DNA of 25,642 bases from Bacteroidota bacterium (GTDB lineage: Bacteria; Bacteroidota; Bacteroidia; Chitinophagales; Saprospiraceae): contig JBCCRH010000025.1 in the NCBI GenBank assembly GCA_039208045.1, forward strand, positions 1 to 25,642, in the 5' to 3' direction. The notes beneath the pieces are model-generated. The model had not been told where the DNA came from. It searched no databases and saw nothing but the letters and a program-made list of their open reading frames with translations. Position 1 is the stretch's first letter; every line of letters begins with the position of its first letter. The position numbers and the translations under genes were made by a program. This document shows positions 16,153 to 24,116 of the stretch, in pieces.

Positions 16153-17520
16153 TTATTCGTTGAAGGGTAGAATCCAATCCTTTTTTGCCCAGCTATCTGC
16201 TTTTTGAGTAAGGTCTACTTCGGGGTCAATCATCAAGCGGGCAGGGCGGCCATTGAGCGTCACCCATACTTCAGCAGTGACGCTGGGGTTTATAACTCCT
16301 TTTTCAGCATAGTGTTCTTTTAAATAGTGGGCATATTGCAAAATGAGGTCAGGCTGCATGGCCATCTGTTTCTCCTGATGGTCATTCAGAAACTGATGAT
16401 TAATAACGGAGCCTTTGCGACCGCTTTTTTCGTCTTTTACATAAAACGTGGCGGTACCTGCTTTCTCCATAAGCATGACGCGCCAAGAAAAACGATACCC
16501 TTCTTCGGTCCAGAATAGATTACCAGGGTAGAGGAGATAACGCCAAGGGAAAACCAATTGAAAGAGAAAGAAAACCGTGACTAAAGGAATGAGAAAACGA
16601 TTGGCAGCTGGCTTGGGGTGGGGGGCAGTGAGCTTTGGAGATATAGTTTTTCTGCTAAATATTTTTGCTAGTTGATCTAGGAAGCGCTGGTGCAGCTGAT
16701 CTGAAAAGAATAGCGTAACTGCAAAAATCATGACCAAGGGAAAAATGCCAATTTGAAAGAGAATGCCAGTGAGCGTATGAAAAATAACAACGGCAATATA
16801 GGCGAGCCATCTAGTAGGCTTATACAATAAAGCTCCAATGATAAAGGTATCAAAGAGCATACCCATCCAGCTAAATAGGTAAGCAGTAATCTTGTATTTG
16901 AAAATAAAACCAATGACAGGCACACTCGTTCTTGCTGGCAGCCAAATAGCTAATGGCAGTGCGCGAAATAGCCAGTCATAGTTGAGCTTTGCCAGGCCAG
17001 CATAGATGTAGACGATCGCAATTTGTAATTTGAAAATACCAATACACCACCGGCTCACGGTCATTTGATAGAGCTCTGGCTTGCGTAATAGATCTAAGGA
17101 AAAATAACGATTGGCAGGCACCCAAATCATCCAGAAAGCGACAAGACTTACAAAGTAGTAGTGATTGAGGTAGTAAGTAATATCAATGAGTTCCACGTAA
17201 GTGAACAAAAAGAAGAAAAGCACTGTAGCTACTCGGTAAAACCAGCCTAAGGTAATCGCAATACACGCCAAGGACATCAGGATAAAAACGGTATACATCC
17301 CCACCCGAGACAAGGGCTGTACCCAATCAAAACCGTAGTAACTGAAATGAAGAACAGGATCCACCAATTGGCTATCTACCCAACCAAACCACATATAGCG
17401 AGTAGTGCTAAATAGCATAAGTAGCCCAAAGGCTATTCTAAAAGTGATTAATGGAGCAATCGATACCGGTTGCTCCAAATAATCTTTCCATTGCTGGTAT
17501 ATGTTAGCTACAGCTATCAA
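16153..17520 (-). CDS. HTTM domain protein (vitamin K-dependent gamma-carboxylase-like horizontally transferred TM domain) with a C-terminal soluble extension.
   Basis: 455 aa. FRIAFGLLMLFSTTRYMWFGWVDSQLVDPVLHFSYYGFDWV matches the HTTM N-terminal signature. Several TM helices follow, then an extra-membrane C-terminal domain of about 150 aa. It is separated by only 10-11 bp from both neighbouring genes. Confidence 0.75.
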   Translation of the reverse strand: MIAVANIYQQWKDYLEQPVSIAPLITFRIAFGLLMLFSTTRYMWFGWVDSQLVDPVLHFSYYGFDWVQPLSRVGMYTVFILMSLACIAITLGWFYRVATVLFFFLFTYVELIDITYYLNHYYFVSLVAFWMIWVPANRYFSLDLLRKPELYQMTVSRWCIGIFKLQIAIVYIYAGLAKLNYDWLFRALPLAIWLPARTSVPVIGFIFKYKITAYLFSWMGMLFDTFIIGALLYKPTRWLAYIAVVIFHTLTGILFQIGIFPLVMIFAVTLFFSDQLHQRFLDQLAKIFSRKTISPKLTAPHPKPAANRFLIPLVTVFFLFQLVFPWRYLLYPGNLFWTEEGYRFSWRVMLMEKAGTATFYVKDEKSGRKGSVINHQFLNDHQEKQMAMQPDLILQYAHYLKEHYAEKGVINPSVTAEVWVTLNGRPARLMIDPEVDLTQKADSWAKKDWILPFNE

Positions 17521-17531
17521 AGGGAGGGAGT

Positions 17532-18647
17532 TTAGTCACCGTCACCTGAGTTGAAGGTAATACTAATACCAAGTAAAGAACTGGTAGAACTCTTAAAGTT
17601 AGCTGTGTTATTCTGTAGTTCATCCCGCAAGACCACAACTGTTTGGTTACCGATATTATCGGATAAACGTCCCTGTGGGAGGTTGGTAATCGCTTGGTCA
17701 ATCCGGGTAATGGCTTCGGCAGCTTGCGCCACTAGATCAGGGCCGCCGACAGTAGATGCTACATAATCTGCAAAGCCGATAATTTCTTTTCCATCGCGAG
17801 CTAAGCCTAACCAAATATTCTTAGAATTCTCGAAATGTTCTATGATTAAGTCTCTAGAAATACCACTGTAGAAGGCCTCTACTAGCTCTCCATCTATCCC
17901 TTCTTGTCCTGCTGTAAGACCTGCTGGTAGCTCTACTTTGAAGTTTTTCAGGTTCTCGTAGTCCTTTACAAATTCATTGTAATAAAGAGAAATCGAACTT
18001 CCTCTGGATGTTCCATCACTATCGATAAATTCTTGAAGGTAAGCGCCATTCCACTCGTTGACGATATTATCGAAAGTAGTTTTTAACTCATCCATGATGA
18101 GCAACAAGTAGTCTTTACGAGCTTGGTCAAAACCAGCCACTACTTCTGCTGGCGTGCTGCCTGTTCTACCATAGATGAGGTATTCCACAGCGTAGAATCC
18201 GCGAACATCGGTATCGAAAGTATTGACAATACTAAAGTTGGGATCGAGCATATTTTGCTCCACCTGAGCTTCGTCTACTGGGAATACCCCTAGTACAGCG
18301 GCATAAGGCCCTAAGACGAGTTCCGCTGGGCCAAATCCAAAGGCAGAGCAGTGCTGATGGTCGGTTACTGCTTGTATCCATGCCGTTTTTAGCGCAGCTA
18401 AATTAGCCTCGTTCGTGTTTTGTACAAACGTATTAGTGGCGTCTGAAAGGGTGTTGACGCTAGATTGGAGGGCTTCAAAGTTGGGGATGATAAGGTTGGT
18501 AGCAACACTTTCAAGCATGGCTCGGCGGTCGAAGTCTACCGTATCCATATTATTATCATCATCATCGCAGGATACTAAGCCGAGGCTAGCTACTAACGCT
18601 ACTAATAGCATCCCTAATAACCTTCTACCTTTAAACATTAACATCAT
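17532..18647 (-). CDS. Imelysin-like (peptidase M75 fold) lipoprotein.
   Basis: 371 aa with a lipoprotein signal (MLLVALVASLGLVSC) followed by DDDDNN. The internal GFYAVEYLIYG resembles the imelysin G-x-H-x-x-E-(F/Y)-L-L-(W/Y)-G signature, with Tyr in place of His. It shows the two-lobed helical layout typical of imelysin/IrpA-like proteins. Confidence 0.6.
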   Translation of the reverse strand: MMLMFKGRRLLGMLLVALVASLGLVSCDDDDNNMDTVDFDRRAMLESVATNLIIPNFEALQSSVNTLSDATNTFVQNTNEANLAALKTAWIQAVTDHQHCSAFGFGPAELVLGPYAAVLGVFPVDEAQVEQNMLDPNFSIVNTFDTDVRGFYAVEYLIYGRTGSTPAEVVAGFDQARKDYLLLIMDELKTTFDNIVNEWNGAYLQEFIDSDGTSRGSSISLYYNEFVKDYENLKNFKVELPAGLTAGQEGIDGELVEAFYSGISRDLIIEHFENSKNIWLGLARDGKEIIGFADYVASTVGGPDLVAQAAEAITRIDQAITNLPQGRLSDNIGNQTVVVLRDELQNNTANFKSSTSSLLGISITFNSGDGD

Positions 18648-18685
18648 AATGATTTTATCATTTTGGATTTAATCTGCCATCTTGC

Positions 18686-18742
18686 CGTACCAAGCTGCAC
18701 TAGCTTGGCACGACAAGATAACTATAAGAGCGTGTACGCTCT
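18686..18742 (-). terminator. Two intercistronic hairpins between the DUF4856-like and imelysin-like genes.
   Basis: Hairpin 1 is at 18727..18742 (agagcg-tgta-cgctct, 16 nt after the upstream stop, followed on the transcript by auaguuaucuu). Hairpin 2 is at 18686..18712, an 11-bp stem with one G-U wobble and a 5-nt loop. There is no strong U-tract, so I would call this an attenuator or processing site rather than a full terminator. Confidence 0.2.
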
Positions 18743-18758
18743 AAATTAATCAGATTGA

Positions 18759-19859
18759 TTAAGGATTGCTATTTTCAAAGAAAAACTCCACTTCATCTTG
18801 TGTGAAGCCATAGATCGCCTGAATATCGCTAATAAGTTCTGTTAAGTTAGTTAACAGAGAAGCCTCGTTTAAGAAACGGTGGCTTGTTGGTATTTGTCCA
18901 GCAGGAGCAAGCAACTTATTCAAGATATTGTCGATCTGTGCATCAGTAATTTGCTTCTGGCTAATGCCTCTGAAGCCATGTGCAAAAGCTACTCCTTCTG
19001 CGTAAGCGTGTAGAGCGTTGCCAAGTGCTGCATTTCTTTCTGTTTCGTCAGTGATGCTAGCTGCCGCTTGTAGTTGGTTAACGGTGGCATTGCAGTAGTA
19101 AATTACAGTAGCAAAGTTAGACTTCTCCCAAGCAAGCAGGTAGTTAGCTAATGCTTCGTCGCGCTCTTCTTCAAAGGCTTCACCTCCTTCGATGGCGGCC
19201 TTAGCAGTAATTAAGTTATCACGGATGTCATAGAAAAAGCCAGTCTCATTGTCCAAGTCAGATCTTCTTCTAGAGTAAGTAGCTGCTGCCGTAGTCTTAG
19301 CTGGATCGAAAGTGATTTCTGTACCATGAATTTCTACTAGCTTGTCGATAGCTGCACTGCTACTCAAATCGCCATTGATTACTGTTAAAGCATGGTTGTA
19401 CAACGCAGCTCCGAAAGAACCTTTCTGCACCATTTGCTCTAGCTCTAGGCCATTCTCATCCAATAATCTGCTACCCAATAATCCACCCTCTTCACCATCG
19501 GCTGGTGTGCCATTAAGACCAGGATTTTGGAAGCCAGTTGGCGAATTAGCAGATCGTACTAGCTCTACCAACCAGTCTGTTACGAGTGTGCGGTAGCTAG
19601 GTAGAGTTACGGATTGTAGGGTACTAGGATACTCAATAGGTGCAACAGGCGTGCTTTGTGCATCTGATTCCGCAGCATTAGCTGCTGAAGTCATCGCTGA
19701 TAGCTGGCCTACAACAGCATCTTCCGCAGTCACATTGTCTGCGAAGTTCGCAGATATGTAAGAGGTTGGAATATCTAACCTCGGCTCGTTATCATCATCA
19801 TCGCATGCTGCAAATGTTAAAGATAATAGGGCAAGAAAAAATAAACTTCTAAGTTTCAT
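18759..19859 (-). CDS. DUF4856-like surface lipoprotein, first gene of the TonB/HTTM/imelysin operon.
   Basis: 366 aa with lipoprotein signal MKLRSLFFLALLSLTFAAC followed by DDDDNE. I assign the family from memory of typical DUF4856/imelysin/HTTM gene neighbourhoods and overall composition. This is not a computed match. Confidence 0.45.
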   Translation of the reverse strand: MKLRSLFFLALLSLTFAACDDDDNEPRLDIPTSYISANFADNVTAEDAVVGQLSAMTSAANAAESDAQSTPVAPIEYPSTLQSVTLPSYRTLVTDWLVELVRSANSPTGFQNPGLNGTPADGEEGGLLGSRLLDENGLELEQMVQKGSFGAALYNHALTVINGDLSSSAAIDKLVEIHGTEITFDPAKTTAAATYSRRRSDLDNETGFFYDIRDNLITAKAAIEGGEAFEEERDEALANYLLAWEKSNFATVIYYCNATVNQLQAAASITDETERNAALGNALHAYAEGVAFAHGFRGISQKQITDAQIDNILNKLLAPAGQIPTSHRFLNEASLLTNLTELISDIQAIYGFTQDEVEFFFENSNP

Positions 19860-20123
19860 TTCTGGATTAGTTTAATGAAAAAATTTACTGCCTAAAACAA
19901 CTATGGGGCATAGGCTTTGTTCAGAGTTAGTCTAAATAAAATTAGGTATTTTAGAAAGGCGATTTTAGGTAGGTATTATCTACTGTTTTTAGGTATATAT
20001 TGCATAAGCGGTACCGTACACCTAACTATTAATCTTATTTCCTCAAATAGCTCGTTGCAACATTTCTATTTTTTGTTCAACAATGTTGTCGCTGATAATC
20101 AGGTATTTAGCTGATTTCCGAGC

Positions 20124-20142
20124 TAGTGTATTTTTTACACTA
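20124..20142. promoter_or_regulatory. 7-bp inverted repeat TAGTGTA-n5-TACACTA, about 120 bp upstream of the NrtR-like gene (candidate operator).
   Basis: tagtgtattttttacacta is read directly from the sequence. It lies within the 400-bp AT-rich divergent intergenic region 19860..20263. Confidence 0.3.
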
Positions 20143-20263
20143 ATTGTGTGATGTTTGATGGGATTTCCATAATTATTTCTTTACTTTGCTATTGAGATAT
20201 CAAAGTCCTAAAGCGAAGAACCAACCAGAGCTAGCAAGTAACCCACAAAATTTAGCTTAAGCA

Positions 20264-21004
20264 ATGACAGAATTTAATGACTTCTTTAAATCTGCCTTTA
20301 CGGTTGACAATGTGATCTTTGGATTTGATGAGGGAGACCTAAAAGTGCTCCTCATAAAACGTGGAGAAGCACCTTATGCTGGGAAATGGGGCTTGCCAGG
20401 ATATTTCGTCTATCCCAATGAAGACCTTGATGCGGCTGCGGAGCGTGTGCTAGGTGAACTAACGGGTTTGCGTCATGTATTTTTAGAACAAGTAAAGACC
20501 TTTGGTGCGGTAGATCGGCACCCTTTCGGACGGGTAATTACCGTAGCTTACTTTAGCCTCATCAAGATTACCGACTACACCATTCAGCCTTCTTCGATTG
20601 CTCAGAAAGCGCAGTGGCACTCGGTAGCTAGAGTAAAAGACTTGGCTTTTGACCATAACAAAATATTGGATGCTTGCTTTCAGCGCCTAAAGTGGATGGT
20701 ACGCACTCGGCCTGTGGGTTTTGAGCTGTTACCTCCAAAATTTACACTTACAGAGCTACAACACCTTTATGAGGCCATCCTCGAAACACCACTAGACAAG
20801 CGTAACTTCAGGAAAAAGATACTTTCTATGAATCTGCTTATTGATTTGGAGGAGACGCAAGAAGGAGTGGCACATCGCCCTGCTCGCTTGTACCAATTTG
20901 ATAAGACGAAATACAGAGAGTTCTTAGCGGAAGGCTTCTCTTTTGAACTAAAAGAAAGCAAAAAGAAAGAACGGCGAAATATGGTGGAAGGATCGTCAAT
21001 CTAG
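20264..21004 (+). CDS. NrtR-like Nudix-related transcriptional regulator (degenerate Nudix domain plus C-terminal winged helix).
   Basis: 246 aa. The N-terminal Nudix fold has a degenerate Nudix box (GKWGLPGYFVYPNEDLDAAAERVLGELTGL) in which the second catalytic Glu of REx2EE is replaced. The C-terminal roughly 90 aa (FTLTELQHLYEAILETPLDKRNFRKKIL...) looks like the NrtR winged-HTH. Confidence 0.6.
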   Translation: MTEFNDFFKSAFTVDNVIFGFDEGDLKVLLIKRGEAPYAGKWGLPGYFVYPNEDLDAAAERVLGELTGLRHVFLEQVKTFGAVDRHPFGRVITVAYFSLIKITDYTIQPSSIAQKAQWHSVARVKDLAFDHNKILDACFQRLKWMVRTRPVGFELLPPKFTLTELQHLYEAILETPLDKRNFRKKILSMNLLIDLEETQEGVAHRPARLYQFDKTKYREFLAEGFSFELKESKKKERRNMVEGSSI

Positions 21005-21786
21005 AGTAGTTCCCCCAAGTCGTTCTGTAGCCAAATTTCTAGACCTTCTTGGCGATAATTTTCTACCAAATCAATAATCTTGTCTTGCTCAGTACGCTCG
21101 TATTGGTGCACGAAAGACTGTAGCGTGAAGTCAGCGGGTTGTGAAGTAACCGTCACATCATTCACTTCATTATTAACTGTAAAGTAGCCATAGTAGCCTC
21201 TTAAGAAGTTGGTAGGAATGGTGAGCGTTCTAAGATCTTCCAGGAAGGATTCTGCTAAGCCCTCAGCTCCTGCCTCATAATTGACATATCCCCAAAAGGT
21301 CTCTTTAGGAATGCGCAATAGCTGACTACGCACTAAGATGATACCATCTTCAGACTCCATTTCTAGTTGATAGCGCTCGGGCGTAACGGTAAACTGGCCA
21401 TTATTAAATATAGTGCTTTTGAGTTCGATAGAAAAATCATAGATGCCGACAGGAAGATTGCCTAGCTCTAGCTGAGCGGTGGCAGGAGCAGCTCCTTCTA
21501 TACAATCATCTGGCTCTAAAATATCATTGATTTGAATCTGTATGGCGTTGGGACGCTTCAATGAAGTGGCCTCTATTTCAGCATTAAGGCAAGTTTCATC
21601 CTCTATGGTTTCTACTAATACCTGAAGGTTGTTGACAGCAGCAGCTGTCTCCCACATATCGATGTAAAATTCATTTTCAATATCTGCTACCACAATAGGA
21701 TCATTCAGCGATTCTAATTGGCAAGCAGAAATTGATAAAATAAGCCCTAAGGCAATTATCAACATCAAGTGGTCGACGTGTTTCAT
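21001..21786 (-). CDS. Hypothetical lipoprotein.
   Basis: 261 aa with signal and lipobox MKHVDHLMLIIALGLILSISAC. I recognise no family. Its 3' end overlaps the NrtR-like gene convergently by 4 bp. Confidence 0.5.
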   Translation of the reverse strand: MKHVDHLMLIIALGLILSISACQLESLNDPIVVADIENEFYIDMWETAAAVNNLQVLVETIEDETCLNAEIEATSLKRPNAIQIQINDILEPDDCIEGAAPATAQLELGNLPVGIYDFSIELKSTIFNNGQFTVTPERYQLEMESEDGIILVRSQLLRIPKETFWGYVNYEAGAEGLAESFLEDLRTLTIPTNFLRGYYGYFTVNNEVNDVTVTSQPADFTLQSFVHQYERTEQDKIIDLVENYRQEGLEIWLQNDLGELL

Positions 21787-21999
21787 TAATGCAATTTTGT
21801 AGTCTGTAAAGTATCTATTCTATCAACGGCGAAAAGCAATAAATGCTGCTTATTTACGGCTTATTTGGCAAGGCGACGTAAAGATATTTAAAAAACAAAT
21901 ATGTAGTCACGCACAGCTGGCCAAAAGTACTAGTTAGAGGATAAAATTCTAGTCACCCATAGGGGGTAGACGATTTATTTACCATCTCTAATGAGAAAA

Positions 22000-22007
22000 T
22001 ACATTTG
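22000..22007 (+). promoter_or_regulatory. Candidate -7 box TACATTTG for the ABC transporter operon.
   Basis: Exact TAnnTTTG match 115 bp upstream of the ATG at 22122. Direct TAGTCAC repeats lie upstream at about 21904 and 21950. Confidence 0.25.
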
Positions 22008-22121
22008 TTTTGTCTTGCGAAACAAGAGCTTTATCCATAGATTTTGGGAAATGACCCAAAAATTACTTGCTTCGTGAGCGTTGATAAAACTCTTTTGCCG
22101 CTTATACATCCAACGACTGTT

Positions 22122-22820
22122 ATGATAAAACTCACCGACATCAAGAAAGCTTACACTACTGGCTTTAATACCTTACAAGTTCTTAAAGGAATAGATCTGG
22201 AGATAGAAGAAGGTGAATTTGCCTCGATAATGGGTTCTTCTGGATCGGGTAAATCCACGTTACTCAACATCCTTGGTATTTTAGACGATTACGATAGTGG
22301 TAATTACTACCTAGATGGTAAATTGATCAAAGACCTCAACCAAAAACAAGCGGCGCAATATCGCAATCAGTTTATTGGGTTTGTCTTCCAGTCATTTAAC
22401 CTGCTACCATTCAAAACTGCTGCCGAAAATGTGGCATTACCGCTGTATTATCAAAAAGTAGATCGTAAGAAAAGGCAAGATATTGCAGTGGAATATCTAG
22501 CTCGGGTGGGCCTAAAAGATTGGTCAGACCACCTACCAACACAACTTTCTGGAGGACAGCAGCAGCGGGTTGCCATCGCGCGTGCTTTGATTACGCAGCC
22601 AAAAATCATCTTGGCAGATGAACCTACCGGCGCCTTAGATTCTACTACTTCTAATGAAGTGATGAAATTATTTAAAGAGGTGAACGATCAGGGTATTACG
22701 GTATTGCTGGTAACACACGAAAATGACATCGCAGAAATGACCAAGCGTATCATCCGGCTGCGCGACGGCCTTATCGAAGGCAATGAGCAGGTAGCTGACC
22801 GCCGAATAATAGCTGAATAA
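22122..22820 (+). CDS. ABC transporter ATP-binding protein (MacB/LolD/FtsE-type ATPase).
   Basis: Walker [13 protein letters not shown] signature [15 protein letters not shown] and Walker [12 protein letters not shown] are all present. The ORF track starts at 22044, but [11 protein letters not shown] at 22122 is the conventional N-terminus for this family. Confidence 0.9.
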   Translation: MIKLTDIKKAYTTGFNTLQVLKGIDLEIEEGEFASIMGSSGSGKSTLLNILGILDDYDSGNYYLDGKLIKDLNQKQAAQYRNQFIGFVFQSFNLLPFKTAAENVALPLYYQKVDRKKRQDIAVEYLARVGLKDWSDHLPTQLSGGQQQRVAIARALITQPKIILADEPTGALDSTTSNEVMKLFKEVNDQGITVLLVTHENDIAEMTKRIIRLRDGLIEGNEQVADRRIIAE

Positions 22821-22859
22821 ACCTCCATACTTTTTTAATAATAACTCGACTAGCATAAG

Positions 22860-24086
22860 ATGTTCGACCTTGATAAATGGCAAGAGATTTTCAATTCCAT
22901 CAAACGCCATAAACTCCGTACTACTCTCACTGCACTTGGTGTCTTTTGGGGCATTTTTATGCTCGTCCTCCTCCTCGGAGCAGGCCAGGGCCTACAGAAT
23001 GGTGTAGAATATATGTTTCGAGATGATGCTACCAACAGTATTTGGATACGAAGGGGCACCACTTCAGAAGAGCACAATGGCTTGCCAAAAGGCCGACGCA
23101 TTCAATTTGACAATGAGGATTACGCCTTTCTAATGGAGCAATTTGAAGATGTAGAACACTTGACTGGGCGCTTTTATCTGTCTGGTGATCGAACAGTTAC
23201 TTATGGGGATAAGAACCTATCCTTTCCTGTTCGTGCTGTACATCCGGGGCATAAATTTTTAGAAAATACCATCATAACCAAAGGGCGTTACCTCAATCAA
23301 ACTGATTTGGATGAAACCAGGAAGGTCGCAGTAATTGGTAAAATCGTGAAAGAGACCCTATTTGGAGAGGAGGAAGCGATTGGTAAAGAAATTGATATTG
23401 GCGGGATCGTCTATAAAGTCACTGGGGTATATCGCGATACGGGAGGAGAAGGCGAGATGCGCATTATCTACCTGCCTATTACGACGGCTCAAAAAGTATA
23501 TGCTGGTACCAATGAGATACATCAACTCATGCTAACTGCGGGTGACTTGCCGGTGCCCGAAATGCAGCAGTTGGAAAAAGAAATTCGAGCCGCTTTCGCT
23601 AAACGCAAGCAATTCTCAGTAGAGGATCGTCGAGCACTTTTTATTTCGAATATTGCAGAAGAGTTTGAGCAGTTCCAAAATTTATTTTGGTCAATCAGGG
23701 CATTTGTATGGTTTGTGGGTATTGGGACACTGTTTGCCGGAGTAATTGGCGTAAGCAATATTATGCTGATTGTGGTGAAGGACCGTACTCGTGAAATTGG
23801 CATTCGAAAAGCACTGGGAGCTACACCACGCTCTATTATTTCTATGATTTTGCAAGAAGCGATCTTCATAACGGCTATTGCTGGTTATCTGGGAGTTATC
23901 ATTGGCGTAGGTTTGTTGGCCATAGCAGGAAATGTAGAAGCAGATTTCTTCAGAAATCCTCAGGTTAATTTTGGAGTCGTTTTTACAGCAACCTTAGTCT
24001 TAGTAATTGCTGGGGCGTTGGCCGGATTGATGCCAGCGCTGCAAGCTGCCCGAATCAATCCGGTAGTTGCCATGAAGGGCGAATAA
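22860..24086 (+). CDS. ABC transporter permease, FtsX/MacB-type, with a large periplasmic domain (paralog 1).
   Basis: 408 aa. An N-terminal TM helix and periplasmic domain are followed by the C-terminal FtsX four-TM bundle (GVSNIMLIVVKDRTREIGIRKALGA). Confidence 0.85.
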   Translation: MFDLDKWQEIFNSIKRHKLRTTLTALGVFWGIFMLVLLLGAGQGLQNGVEYMFRDDATNSIWIRRGTTSEEHNGLPKGRRIQFDNEDYAFLMEQFEDVEHLTGRFYLSGDRTVTYGDKNLSFPVRAVHPGHKFLENTIITKGRYLNQTDLDETRKVAVIGKIVKETLFGEEEAIGKEIDIGGIVYKVTGVYRDTGGEGEMRIIYLPITTAQKVYAGTNEIHQLMLTAGDLPVPEMQQLEKEIRAAFAKRKQFSVEDRRALFISNIAEEFEQFQNLFWSIRAFVWFVGIGTLFAGVIGVSNIMLIVVKDRTREIGIRKALGATPRSIISMILQEAIFITAIAGYLGVIIGVGLLAIAGNVEADFFRNPQVNFGVVFTATLVLVIAGALAGLMPALQAARINPVVAMKGE

Positions 24087-24116
24087 AATTTTTAGTAGTT
24101 AAAAAAGCAACCTTAG

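Noticed and set aside
19917-20114. 65-aa ORF in the AT-rich intergenic region.
   Set aside because: It has AT-rich low-complexity composition (many Leu/Phe/Asn/Ile codons), no recognisable ribosome-binding context and no domain. The region is more likely regulatory or a small-RNA locus.
22044-22121. ORF-track start at 22044 for the ABC ATPase.
   Set aside because: The 26-residue extension (MGNDPKITCFVSVDKTLLPLIHPTTV) is not part of any ABC ATPase N-terminus. [11 protein letters not shown] at 22122 matches the family.
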